Shown piece after piece: positions 40,101 to 53,695 of a DNA stretch of 64,000 nt. How positions within the stretch are numbered: position 1 is the stretch's first letter; the number at the start of each line of letters is the position of its first letter. This DNA is from Sphyrna mokarran (taxonomy: Eukaryota): contig JAGIQG010000003.1 in assembly GCA_024679065.1 (NCBI GenBank), forward strand, positions 33,232,001 to 33,296,000, written 5' to 3'. The position numbers and the translations under genes are program-made. The notes beneath the pieces were generated by a model that did no database searches, was not told where the DNA came from, and saw only the letters and a program-made list of their open reading frames with translations.

Positions 40101-40899
40101 GTTAATGCAAGCCTTACTTGTGAATAATAAATAAATGTTTTGGGCAGGAATTCTGTTGCTGGGGATCTCAGTCAAAGGGAAGCATCAATTGTGGCCATTC
40201 GAGTGCCTGAAAGGCATTTGATTTTGTCAGACTTCCCCCACAGTGTGTTGTCAGCCTAAAAATATCTTTTGAACTTGAAGCCACTAAAATAATGGACTTT
40301 ATTTCTTCTTCCTTGGAGCATAGCCAGCAGAATCAGAAAACCCCACATATTTACTCTGTTAATTCCCTGATACTAAGGTCAATTTAGCATGGCCAATTTT
40401 AAAAGAATTGTCCAAATTTGCTTTTCTGTGTGAATGACTGCTTCTAAAGAATTAAGCGGCTGCAGAACATTATTGTTTTAAAGCAGATTCAACCTGATTT
40501 TATTTGATTTATTATTGTCACATGTATTAGTATACTCTGAAAAGTATTATTTCTTGTGCACTATACAGACAAAGCACGCTGTTCATAGAGAAGGAAAGGA
40601 GAGGGTGCAGAATGTAATGTTACAGTCATAGCTAGGGTGTAGAATTCATAAGAGTTAGAGTAGACTTTGAAAAGCATGGAACAAGAGTAAAAGATAGAAT
40701 TAGAGAGTGTGTTGGGCACAGCTCACAAGAAGTCACCATGCTCCAGTACCATCTTGTTTAACAAAGGATATCAATGTCCCAAGAATTAGCTGTTAATGTT
40801 TAATTCTATGAAAAAAAGTTGCTTCTATGTTTAGCTACCTAAGTAAAAACAAAACACAAATAATGATTGTTAAAGGGTTATTGACAATAAATGTCAACT

Positions 40900-41600
40900 A
40901 TGACTCAGTTGGTGATACCCTCGCCTCTGCATCCAAAGGTTGTGCATTTAAATCCCACTCCAGGTCTTGAAAACAAAAATGAAGATTGGCATTTCAGTGC
41001 AGTACTGAGGAAGCACTCCATTGTCAGGGGTGCTGTTTTTCAGACTAAGTGCTATAAGACCAAGATCTAACTACAGTCATGGATAGATGTTATGAGGTCC
41101 CATGGCATTGTTATGAGGAAGAGCTGGGGAGTTATCTGGCCATTATTACATTGTTGTGTGTGGGAGCTTGCTGTGTGCAAATTGGCTGTCATATATCTCA
41201 CTTTACGAATATACATACGAATTAGGAGCAGCAGTAGGGTATTCATCACCTTGAGGCTACTCCACCATTCAATAAGATCAAAGCTAATCTGATTGTATCC
41301 ACAACTCCACTTTCTACCTATCATCAATAACTTTTCACCCCCTTGTTAACCAAGGGCCAAATGACCTACTCCTGCCTCTATTTTCAAAGTTTCTATCTTT
41401 ATATGTAAAAATTTCTCGATCTCTGCCTTAAAAGTATTCAAGACTCTGCTTCCACTGCCTTTTGAGGAAAAATTCCAGAGACTCACAACCCTCTGAGATG
41501 AAACATTTCGTTTCATTAATTAATGTCAAAATTAATGGGTTGCAAAGCACTTTGAGATGTCTGGTCATTCAGAAAGCACTATATAAATGCAAGTTAAACT
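40900..41600 (+). mobile_element. Deu-SINE-like element split by an antisense CR1 3' tail (about 41215-41515)
   Basis: A/B-box-like head, cagtgcagtactgagg and tgtgtgcaaattggctg motifs, tatataaatgcaag tail. Confidence 0.7.
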
Positions 41601-42432
41601 TTATTTTTTTTTAATGGTTGTATATTTATCATTTGCTCTTACCTACCATGCCAATTTGATCATTGCTGAGTCAATGTGGAAATTAGTTGACTCCCACCAT
41701 TACACTTTATCAGTGAGGTAAGACTCCCACTGTCTAAAAACATGCTGGTTCGGTGAATTGACCAGAACAGGTGCCAGACTGTGGCGACTAGAAGAATTTC
41801 ACAGTAACGTCCTTGCAGTATTAATGTAACCTTTACTTATGACTAATACATAAATTTCACTTATTTTAAGGGAGGATTGTAATCATAGAAAGATATTGTA
41901 TTTTATTTTATTATTATTATCCAGAATGGTTTATTTGGTATTTGGTATTACGAGCTTTCAGAGCGCTGCTCTTTCATCTGCATGCCATGTACGAGTTAGT
42001 ATTAACATGTACCTCCCAGGAGGATGCTGATGGACTTCAGTTGCTGGTTCCATTTGAGTCAAAAACTGTACATCCAATGTTGAAAAGATATAATCATGTG
42101 CATTCATTATAACAGTCTCTACAACTTCTATCTTATAATCAAACTCAATTATTGATCAATGTCAGTTAATAATATAGCTTGTTTATAAAATTTTCACATT
42201 CACTGTGCCACACTTTGAATGCGCTTGTGACTTAATGTGCATTTGAGTTGGGGAATGTCTGATCAATCTTAATTGGAGCTGTTGCTTGATTGTAATCTTC
42301 ATTGTAGAGCTCTGGATATTTATGTTAGCATATAATCTGTAATACAATCCAGATGGTCTCATGATCTTAAATTTAACAATCAGAGTAAATGTGACTTAAT
42401 CAGATTCTGTCTACTTCTACTATTATAATAAA

Positions 42433-44000
42433 TCATTCAGTCGCTGGATCAGGTTTGCTACCTTGGGGCTTACCACCGGGATACGACTTTAACTGAGTCC
42501 AGTGTCTCCAGCACGGGCCGCACTTCTTATCAATTAGGCCACATGTCTGCTCTGTAACCACTGTATCAAAAGGTCCTTCCCAGCAAGTTCCTAGCCTCTT
42601 TTTGTCTGTCATGAGTTTCACCATTACTTTATCTCCTTGTGAAGGCAATTTAGGAATACTCTCTCCTGTCAATTTCATTCAATCTTGGTGCTATTGTTGC
42701 GTGATCACCTGCTTTTCAAGAAAATGTAGATGGTCTATTAGATTTCCCTATATTCAATTCATCCTCTCCACCATTCCTCAACTCTGAGGGTGATGTAGTA
42801 TGTGAAACCTCTACTTTGTTTCCAACATACGACAGATCCCTCTTTCAAAACTCTCCCTGTGAAATGAGTTCCCTGATCAGAATCCAGATGAAGAGGCAAT
42901 TCCCACCTGGAATTATCTCATTTGCTATTATCGCAGCTACTGCTGAAGGTGTGGCATCTTGACATGAGAATGCTTCAACCCATTGGGTAAACTGGCCTAC
43001 AATTACTAAACAGTACACTTTCCCTATACCTGTGGTAACGCCCCTGTAACATCCATTTGTAAATTATCCCATGGTACGTTGGGTCTGAGTTGACTTCCCA
43101 TTTTAATCTTTCAGCGGTGCCTTGTACCACTAGGGTGCACTGCAGATACTTCTGACAATACTAACATTTCTTCAATAAATCAAACACTCTGTCCCTGCTT
43201 TTGTGTGCTGTTCTGTTATAAATTTTTAGCAGCAAATGCTGTATTACTTCAGGAACTTTTATTTTCCCTTTTTTCCCCTATATTCCATCATGACCGTACC
43301 ATCCTCCATCTTTTTTCCCTTGCTCCTTTTCCTCTTCACATGCTTGTTCCTGCATTTGTTTTACATCAATATCTGGACTGTCCTCAACTGCTACAGCTGC
43401 TAACCCTTCAGGCTGTGTCCACTCCCTATCCTGTTTCACTAAGACCTTTGCTGCCTGGTTGGCAAATGGTTTTCTTGCTGCACTTCATTCTCAATTTTCC
43501 TGTGAGCTTGAACTTTTATCTAATATTGCTGCTTCCAAAGGGGCAGTGGCTGCTTGGAGTAAGTTCCTGAGTATGCAGGCAATGCAGGATCATTTTTTTC
43601 CTATCAAGGTGAAGGGCTCCAAAACATTGACCGTCCATGAGCACAAGCGAGTGCCCTCACACACTGATGCATCCCTCTGGCAACTGAGTAACTGAATGGA
43701 GTAACACTCCATCAGTCTCAATCTATCCTCATGCTGCTGAGCAATTACAGCTGCCTTGAATATCACCCCATTATTTTCCTCACAGAAAATGTGGAATAGT
43801 TTGGTGACCAAAACTGGGGCTGTCACCAAAGTCTGCTTCAGATCTGAAAAAGCCTGTACTCCCCACTCCACCCTTTCCTGACTAGCCTTTCCTCCCTTTA
43901 TCAAGTCATGTAAGGGCTTGACCACTCGGACATAATCTTCCACAAAATTCCTACAATAGTTAAAAAGTCTTCAATATTTGTCATACCTCTTTTCTGCTGA
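42433..44000 (-). mobile_element. Degraded endogenous retrovirus pol (RT thumb/tether, RNase H, integrase); may extend from about 42000 to 45800
   Basis: Motifs across frameshifts: NYCRNFVEDY..VKPLHDL, AFSDLKQTLVTAPVL, IKVQAHRK, PWDNLQMD, QWVEAF, LDSDQGTHFTG, HPQS*GMVERMN, WEGPF...WRHWTQLK. Confidence 0.8.
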
Positions 44001-46224
44001 AAAGCCTTTGTACACAAATAATCTCCCCCCACCCCCCCGCCAGGTCCTCTGGAAATTATCTTTTTCCCCCCGAATACTATAACCTAAGAACATCTTTAAA
44101 AGAGAGATCAAATCTTTCAATTTGATCCCAGGCCATAACTTATTTTAATTGTTCTTGTCTTAAATAACATTATTTTATTGAGGTAACTTGCTTACAGCAC
44201 ATTTTCTTATGTCAGTAACATCCCAAAGTCCGGAAACAGTGTTTTGGGCTTTCAGCTGCCCAATAGTGCCCATCTTCTCTTTTCTTTCCTTTAAGAAAAC
44301 TTTGTTCCTTCATCTATAGCTATCACCTAAACTGCATTCTGCTTTCTAGAATCCTTTTAAATGTCTCTCTTGTTTCCAATGAATCGCACTTATGATTTTG
44401 TGCTCCTCTGTTTGCTATTAGCTCCTCTATAACATATCTTATGTTATCCTGCTCATTTCTCTTTCTCATTTATTCCATTGAATTATTTCCCTCATCTTTA
44501 ATGATATTGATCTGTCAATTTGGTGTGAAACATGGGCTGTCCCTTTTAGTTCGTCTGGCATCTAATATAGTTTTCAACCTTCCTGTATTCAAAATTTCCA
44601 ATCGGGTGTGCTTAGTGTTCATAACTATGCCTCCAGTTTTGTGGTTGATTCAATACTTAGCATATCCATGTCACATATTTTAACTGGAATGCATTATGGC
44701 AATATAATAATTCCCAGCAATAAACACACACTCCCATTCTATCTAGTGTAACTCCCCTTTTATTAGATTTTTGATTTTATATCTTAAACTACTTCAAGTC
44801 TTATAACACAAAGATCCCTCCTGTCTGGGACAGAATGGGTTAATTCTCTGCTTGTTTCAGCAGGGGCGGGGTAAATTCGCTCAGATTGACATTATCACTT
44901 TCAACACTCTGGAATAATTCTTTCCATCTCTCTTTTCACTGTCAATTCTAACAAGAATACATTTTTGTAAGTAACAACAAGTTTGATCCTGATTAATCCA
45001 AAGTTCAACTTATTTTTCATCACTTTTAAATATCCTTACTAAATTAAAACTTCAACACTTACTTACAATTTTTCCAATTTAGCTCGATATTTGCACGATT
45101 AATTATTTCTACATTGCTGCCTCCATAACCAACACAGTCAGATACAAAATTGTGTGCCTAAGTGGTTAACTGTCCTTCCAACTTTTCAAACATAACATAA
45201 CACCATCTTGAAATTGATTTTCCTTTCCCAACATGGCAGAACTCAAATCTTCGTCAGATTCCTATTCTTGAAAATGACCCTGCATCGCACAATTACATCC
45301 TCTCTCTCTGTGCCATACACAGAGAATCTGTGCCTTCTTTTAACCCTTTGCTCCCCTCTTTGGTCTACAATGCATTAGACCAACCAATGTAACCTGCCAC
45401 TCTCTTTCTCTCGCACAAGTCTCTCACAGAAGATCTGTATCCCTATGACCTCTCCCTGCTGGTTCTCTCACACGGTCTTATTCCTACCACTGGAACACCA
45501 CCCTGTGAGTTCTGAGCCAGCTGCTGTCTGTACGCACATTCTAGCCACTTGATACTTCTCTAGCTGCTCAGCCTCTTCGGCTCCGCTGCACAGGAATGTC
45601 TGAGAGTTCGGACGTAGCCCCCTATTGTTTAAGCATAGCTTCTCTGCAAACTGCCCTTCTACCCTTGCAGCTTTTTCGGCTCCATTCCATAGGAGATCCG
45701 AGAATCTCTAAGTTAAGCATGAGCTCTTTGTATACACACTGCTTTTGCACCTCTTCCCCAGTCCAAGATACTCAACTTATGGCTTCCGGCTGCTAGATAT
45801 ATATTCAAAAACAGGTAAGAGAAGCTGCCTTTCTGTGCTCCACTGTATTAACAGAATTTGGCCTATCTACCACTGCATTTCCCATCATGCTGCATTCAGA
45901 ACCAAGTTGGCCAAGGTGCACAAGACAGTGTCGAAAATTCTTTTTAAGCTTATAATACTTGTTTAATTTGTGGATATACAGTTTATAATATCTTTGCAAT
46001 TTATAATATTTTTGCATATATTGTTCCAGGCACCTTGTGAATTCTGACTACATTCATAAGGCACTTTATAATTACCTTAACTTAGTCTACTTATTATGGT
46101 ACAATTAAAATTAAAGGCCTGATACTAGAATTCAATACTACTGACAAGAAGTTTAGAAATAAAACAATCATATCTTATAGAATCAAATGTCCAGTTCTGA
46201 TGAACCTAAAATGTTAATGACCTA

Positions 46225-47620
46225 AAACAATATGGTTGAATTTAAAATGCAGACAGAGAGCGTGAGAAGATAAAATCCATTAGCAGTCTCTTGTACTTAA
46301 ACTAAGACTACAAAGGGATGAGGGAGGCATTGGCTAAGATAGACTGGGAACAAAAAGTTGATGATGGGACAATTAAGGGATAGTGGAGGATTTTCAAAGT
46401 AATTTTTCACAATGCTCAACAAACTTATATTTCAGTGATGAGGAAGGACTGCAGAAAAGCTTAAGGAACTAAAAGAGGGTATCAAATTGAAAGAAAATGT
46501 ATACAAAGTGGCAAAGTTTAGTGGGAACCTAGAGGACTGGGAAATCTTTAAAGTCAACAGAAAGCCATGAAAAAAAAATTAAGATGGATTGTGAGAGTAA
46601 ATTAGCTCAGAATATAAAAACAAATAGAAAACGTTTCTACAAATAAATAAAACAAAGAGTGGCTAAAGTAAACATTGGTTCTTTAGAGAATGAGAGGGGG
46701 ATATAATAACTGGAAATGAAAAAATGACTGAGGTATTGAACAGATATTCTTTGTCCGCCTTCACAGTGGAAGACATAAATAAAGGGTCTGGCAGATGGAG
46801 TACAATATTAGTAAAAGTGAGGTCATCCATTTGATAGGAATAACAGCAAAATGGACTATCATTTAAATGGTAAAAAATTGCAGCATGCTGCAGTGCAGAG
46901 GGACCTGGGAGTCCTTGTGCAAGAATCACAAGGAATTGGTTTGCAGAAGCACCAGGTAATTAAGAAGACAAATGGAATTTTGTCCTTCATTGCTAGAAGG
47001 ATGGAGTTTAAAAACAAGGAGGTTATGTTGCAACTTTATGGGATGCTGGTGAGGCCACACCTGGAGTACTTTTGCGGCTTTGGTCTCCTTATTTGAGAAA
47101 GGATATACTCTCACTAGAGAAGGTGCAGAGGAGATTCAGTACATTAATTCTGAAGTTGAGAAAGTTGGTTTATGAGGAGAGACTGAGTAGATTGACATTA
47201 CACGCATTGTAATTCAGAAGAATGAGGGGAGATCTTATAGAAACATATAAGATTATGAAGGGAACAGATAAGATAAAAGCAGAGAAGTTGCTTCCACTGA
47301 CAGATGAATCTGGAACTAGGGTGCATGGCCTCGAAGTAAGGGGAAGCAGATTTAGGACTCAGTTGAGGAGGAACTTCTTCACACAAAGGGTAGTGAATCT
47401 GTGGAATTCCCTGCCCAGTGAAGCAGTTGAGGCTACCCCATTGAACGTTTTTAAGGCAAGGATAGATACATTTTTGAACAGTAAAGGAATCAAAAGTTAT
47501 GGTGAGTGGGCGGATAAGTGGAGCTGAATCCATGAAAAGATTAGTCATGATCTTATTGAATGGCGGAATAGGCTTGATGGGCCAAATGGCTTACACCTGC
47601 TCCTAGTTCTTATGTTCTTA
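46225..47620 (+). mobile_element. CR1 LINE with internal deletion (junction about 46780)
   Basis: ORFs 46851-47096 (QRDLGVLV, LVRPHLEY) and 47222-47527 (MRGDLIETYKI...RNFFTQRVVNLWNSLP); tail tcttatgttcttat. Confidence 0.9.
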
Positions 47621-48581
47621 TATTAATTCTTGCTTCTTTGTCCACAGGTGTTGCTAGACCTGCTGAACATTTCCAGTACTTTCCATATTTTATTTTAGAT
47701 TTTCAGCAGCAACAACATTTTGATTCTGTATAAAAATCAATGTTATTGTTTGATGTATTTAACCAACAAGTTTTTCTTAGGTGTTACTTAAGCCAGACCT
47801 GAACTGCCTTCCTGAAATAATAATTAGCGGACATCTTTGGGGAAATATAACAAACAATGTTATCCACTAGTTTAATATCACACACTGAGCATGATTTTGT
47901 TTGCACTCAGCCTCTGTTTCTGCCTATTTTAAAACTTTCTTTTTTCATTCTTTGTGAATTCAACCTCATTCTTATTCCATACCTGTGATATTTGCAGATA
48001 ACTTTGTATGAAGAACAAGTAAAGTGTAAAATTCTGGAAACTGTCAGTGAGGCAGGCAGCTTCTGTGGAGTGAGGAAAGTGGGGTTAATAATTCAGGTCT
48101 ATGATCTTCCATCAGCTAATTGTATTACTGGAGATTGTCTTGCTGAATGCCCAGAATCTGCAATCAAGCGTCAAATGTTTAAATCAGTCACAAAAATGTG
48201 ATTGAAACAACATGAGCTGTGGGAAGTACTAAATTAGAAGCTGGAATCTGTTGCATTTTCAGGTGTATAGCTGATGATCTCCTCATATTTTTATTATATA
48301 CTCAAATCCCCAACATGCCACCAAAACGTTGCTCTTCTCAAAGTTAGAAGGATTGAGAGAATGCTTTTTCAGTTTGGAACTATTCCCGAGATCAGCTGAA
48401 ACCTTCAAGCACAAATTTAAAGGCTTATGCTAATAAGGGAGGCATGGACAGGAAGTAACGCTTTCAGTAAAGTAATTCCAGTGCTTTCAAGTTATGCAAG
48501 TGCTTATTTGAAGTCATCTCATACTGTGCTGGACAAAAAAAAAACAACCGGGCGCATGAAACAGGATTGCAGTTATTTCTA

Positions 48582-48644
48582 ATGGAGGAAAATGTTCTGA
48601 AAGATCACCATGACTTGCTTAATCCAGGAGAGGAAGGGGAACAG
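48582..48644 (+). CDS. First coding exon of an ATP13A4/ATP13A5-like P5B-type ATPase (MEENVLKDHHDLLNPGEEGEQ); exon 2 not found in the window
   Basis: 21 codons ending at a perfect CAG|GTAAGT donor (phase 0). Closely resembles the recalled human ATP13A5 N-terminus MEENSKKDHRALLNQGEEDEL. Divergent orientation to OPA1 fits known synteny. Too short for the ORF track; paralog identity is unresolved. Confidence 0.85.
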
Positions 48645-49224
48645 GTAAGTATATTTTTGAAGGGCATGCAGTTTAATTTTGAAGTAACATACATGGCCAT
48701 AAGTTTTCAGGAACATTAATTTGCTGTATGATAGAACAATCTTATTACAATTGCATTCAATCCTCTTAAAGGTTGCTGTGGAAACTTAAATAGCTTGTTT
48801 AGAATTGATTCTCAAGCTGTTGAAGCTTATTTGTCACCTGAGTTGAAGGGTAAATACAAATGTTGTAGTTCTAAATTTGAAGGAACAAATGAAATCTAAA
48901 AGCTACCAGTACCACATTCTCTGCTGTGTGAGCTGACAGGATTTCACTTGAAACATCATTTTCTAAATCAGAAAGTATTTCTTCCTTGACTCAGGCAGGA
49001 AGATTAAAAAGAAATTGGTGCAAAAAGTAAAAAGAAGGGAGTAAAGAGAACGTGAGAAATAAAAATACAGAGGCTGCCAATTGGCTCATAATGTCCTTTG
49101 ATACAGAACTATACAGTCCATGAAGTTCCCAGCTCAGTGTGTGGATTTTTAGTAAATGCGATCCAAAACAATGGTTAATGCTATAATTTTCTTCAACATC
49201 CCTAGATTTGAGGAATTTTTTTAT

Positions 49225-49512
49225 TGAATCCCTACAGTGCAAAAGGAGGCCATTTGGCCCATCAAGTCTGCATCCACTCCCCCTCTATTTCTGTAACCCA
49301 TTTACCCAGCTAATCCACATATTGGCACGGTAGGGGGCAATTAAGCATGGCCAACCCACCCAACCTGCATATCTTTGGACTGTGGGAGAAAACCAGAGCA
49401 CCCAGAAGAAACCCACGCAGACACAGGGAGAACGTGTAGACCTCACACAGGCAGTCACCCAGGCCTGGAATTGAACCCAAGTCCCTCGCACTGCTAACCC
49501 CTATGCCACCTT
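49225..49512 (-). mobile_element. HE1-like SINE
   Basis: gaatccctacagtgca tail, V-domain-like core and antisense B-box ggaattgaaccc. Confidence 0.85.
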
Positions 49513-52500
49513 GCTGTGCAGTTGGTCTTTTGAAAAGTTCATACATGCAAATGCAGGATAAGGATGATAATATATTTGATCAGGCTTCTCTGCGGTATTC
49601 ATCCACCTGCTTTCTTATTGTTATATAGCCTTCAAATATCAAAGTCCCCTCATGAAGATCAGCCACTTGGTTAAGGTACTGATTGCCTGCCAGCACCTCT
49701 GAAAGTATATATTATCTTCAAGAACAAAAATTGGGGGTGCGAGGAAAATAAAAGAAGAGCAAAAGGGAATTATATTTTCATTAAAATGTTTAGAAATGTT
49801 TAGAAATCATTTCTGTATTCTGTAATAAGTACTGGGATACTATATCCATTCACCATAGCATCCTTAGACAGGTATGTCTATTTGGCTTCACTCACATTTG
49901 TTCTATTCCAAGAATACAATTTAATTACAAGCATTTCTACTATTTCAAGGGCATACAGTCTAAGGATGTGGAAGGCAGAAAAAAAAACTATTTTTTTTTC
50001 TATTCTGGCAAATTGTCTACATTGAAACAATAATGCAAAATCAATGCATTGTTAACAAACGTTAGCAATGGTTTCTTGTTGAAAAGGTAATATTTAAGAG
50101 AAAGTATCTGCACTCAATTTTGACAAACAAAATAAATTACATACAGGTATTGCAAATGTAAATCATTCATAACACGTGAAGACTATTTAATGCATCTTTA
50201 TCTATTCTCATCGGGGCATGCTTTTCTCGTGAAATTTTAGTCCTTTTTAAATTTTATTAATATTCTTAATATAAAGATCATCTATTTTGAACTGATGTCA
50301 TATAAATTAATAAAATAAATAAAACATACCTATAGATAGTTGAATGTTATCTTGCAGGAAGCAATAATGATGACAATATCTCCAAGTTCTGCTGGATAGT
50401 TTGAGTGAGTTCTGAGGCTTGTTTTTCAGAACTTCTTTGAATATTGTAAAAAGAACAAAATTGTCATTTTTAGTTAAAGTATTAAAATTTGTGGCAGCTC
50501 CAATTTGGAGGTATTTACACAATAGTTAAAACTCAAATGCTTCAATATCTAAAGAAATAAACCAGCATTTTTGATAAGACGGGGGACCAGTGTCAGGCAT
50601 AAACGCATTCCAGCTAACTCTGTTGTCAGTATTCTCATTGTGGGACCAGAAGATTGAGGTGCTTGAGTAACTAATCTAGACTGGCATCCCAGTACGAAAA
50701 TAACTGGGATGCTGGATCATTGTCAGATGATGAATATCGATTTTATATCAATTGGGATACATCAGTGCCCACACGTATAAAAGCAAGCTGAAATTTGATT
50801 ATTGGTGCACAATATATTGTGGATGTCTCTGTAAATGAATGTCTTTGGATGAAGATTTGTGTCAGGACTCAACCTTTCTTCCCCACTCTGCAATTGATAA
50901 TATCAGGGGTTTCTTTCTGATGGTAAAGATATTAATTCTGTGTTAGTACTGAACCATTTACATGCTGATTGAAAATAACTCAAGTAACAGTCTCTCTTGT
51001 GTTTAAACATAAAGGGGGTTAGTTTTTATTGAGCTAAAACCCGCCCAAGAAAAGATATGAAGATATTTTGAAAAATAAATTCTCGACCTGACCTTTGCAG
51101 CACAGAGACACATAAAATTATAAGTTATACAGTAGACAGGATTAACATTTGGCCAAATTAAGATTCAATGAAGAAAGACAAAAAGATAGAAATTCCATTG
51201 TTTATGACTCCTTTGCAAATGTTCATGGCTGAGGCAGATTTTTCACAGTGCTCTTGAAATGCTGGTGGGATTGAAGCCAACATTATCTTTTCTTTTAAAT
51301 TGTAATCCGTCTTTTCCAAAATTTGATGCCATTCTACCTGAAGTTTCTTTCAATTGAAATTCTCTATCTCTGTGGTGGATTTCAAAATGTATCCGAGATA
51401 GTGCTCTGAACTTGAGAGGGAAGAGAGAGAGAGATTGCAGACTCCCTTTCAAACTGCCAAAAACAACCAGGGTGTTTTTGGCAGAACACTGGACCAGAAC
51501 ACTGCATTTGTCTGACGAAGATGAAAACGTCAAAAGCTCGCAGATTTACTATCAAATAAATCGGTTGGATTTAAAATTGGTGTTGCTAGATTCTTATTGA
51601 GTTCTTAAATTCCATCTGCCATCTTTCAGTCTAGATCTCCAGCTGATTAATTTATTTAATGTCCTAGCCTTTCTTCTCTGTGATGAACTAGGAAGATCTC
51701 TTGATCACCTTCGATATTGCCATTGTCCTTGCAGACATGTTTCTGCCTGAAAGGATAGCTTTATAGAAATACAATTGGTGAGAGCCAGTTATAAGGTTCA
51801 CTACATCTTCAATATCATTCTTGACATTGGCAGGTGTAAGGTTTCGTAGGAGGTTTGCCTTGACATGTCTTAATTGTCATTCATATTGGAACCTTCCAAA
51901 AATCAATCTAGTTGTATTTCGAGATTTGTCAAATGACTTGCGGTGGCCATTTTACATCAATGGGCAGGGTTTACCAGCTCTTTGTGCCTGTGGCACTTTC
52001 GGCTCTGCTAAAGGCAACCCTCCTCCCCCCCAACCCTCCCAACTCCCCACGACAGTTTGCCTTGTGGCATGGTCAACAAGCAATGCAAATGTCCATTGAC
52101 TTTGATGGGACCAGAAGATCTCACCAGCGGCCAACAGTGAGCTGCCTCCATCATTGGAAAATCTGCCACATTGCAGGGACGAGTGGGGAGGGTTTGCAGG
52201 GACAATTATCCCAGTTAGTGCCTTTGCTTGCTACAAAAGACTAACTGCTGAAATTAAAGATTAAAATTACACATACAAATTTCACAAGACCAATGCAATA
52301 TATCATGACTCGGTTCCAGTCTAGTCACTGCCTGGCCTGCTTAGTTCTAAAGAAAAGCTGGAAGTTTAGCTCTGTATGGAGTAAATAGAATCAATATAAA
52401 ATGATACAGGTTGGAGGTTTATACTGTTGCCCTGGTTACCCAACTGTGGGAGGTAAAAATGCTTTACAATTTCCCTCAATTTGCATTTTGCAGTCACTTT

Positions 52501-53695
52501 GTAATTGGTTGCCTTTTAATTTTTAAATTGCTTTTTCATCGTAGCAAAATTTTACAGGTGAAGAGCGATGGGCTTCCTAATTGGCAGCAATATTAAGATG
52601 GTAATGTAAAAGATATGTTGAATAATACATTCCTGTTATTGATTAACATCTGAATGCAGTATGGACTTGATTTTGCTGGGGTAAAATCCTGAAAGTGGTG
52701 ACAAAGGTTGGAAATCCGTCTGAACAGCCTCTCATTACATTTCCACCCATGAGTAAGGTGAGGGCAGAATGTCACAGGATATTGTGCGATAGGACTGAGT
52801 GAATTTAAGTCGAATTGTGAAACTAATATTGTAATATTGTTTTTCAGAAAGATGAAGTTTTATTGTGTACTTTCTGAATATCCAAGCAATGAAAGATTGT
52901 CTTTAAGGTCTGACAGGATTTTGGCACAAGCTTTTGTGGTTCCAGGTTAAAGCATGCCACAATTTTGTTTTTGAATGAAGGTATTTGCTTGCTTTCTAAC
53001 AGAGATTCAGGACATTGTCTCCATCTCACAAATCGATCACATGTTATGTAATGACAACACAGCTAGGTTTATTTATCATTTTATGTTAATCCTTTGAAGT
53101 ATTAAACATCATGCAAGCTGTGTTTACTGGAAGTAAGATATCCGCCTGGCGCATTTGCATTTTGTTTGCAAAAGGTATTTGCAATCATTAAAAGAATGGA
53201 CTTTCAAACCATTCTGCACTCCAAAGAGGTCAATGTTTATGCAATGCCAGTGCCAGTCATACCCCTGAACGTATGTTTTAAGTGGACATCCGAAGGCATC
53301 ATTCTTGAACATAAGGTTGTTTTCCTTGGGCATTTTCCAAATCAACAGCACCAAAGCAGATTAATGGGTCATTCACCTCATGCTGCTTGTGGAATCTTAC
53401 TCTGCGAAGAATGCCTGCTGCATTTTCCTCCATGACAAGTGAAGTAAGTCCTCATTTAAAATCACTCTACGTGAGAGCACTTCATTTTGACATGATCTAT
53501 ACATTATGGCCTGTTTCTCTGATATACATTGCTATTTTTGATTTTACATCATCTGTAACCTGACCCTGCACCCGCCGTGTGCTGCCTTCTGGGCCAAAGG
53601 CCACCATGTTCTGATGTCAGAGCCATCACCACTATAACCAAAGACCAAACAAGTGGGGAAATAGCAAGACCTGAGATCTGGGAGCAGGAGAACAG

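Noticed and set aside
42001-42432. Possible retroviral env fragment
   Set aside because: Position fits, but no furin site, fusion peptide or TM motif could be recognised in the stop-interrupted frames.
52545-52930. Acceptor-like sites (tttacag, ttttcag) on the + strand
   Set aside because: Phase-0 frames stop within about 13 codons and show no ATPase similarity.
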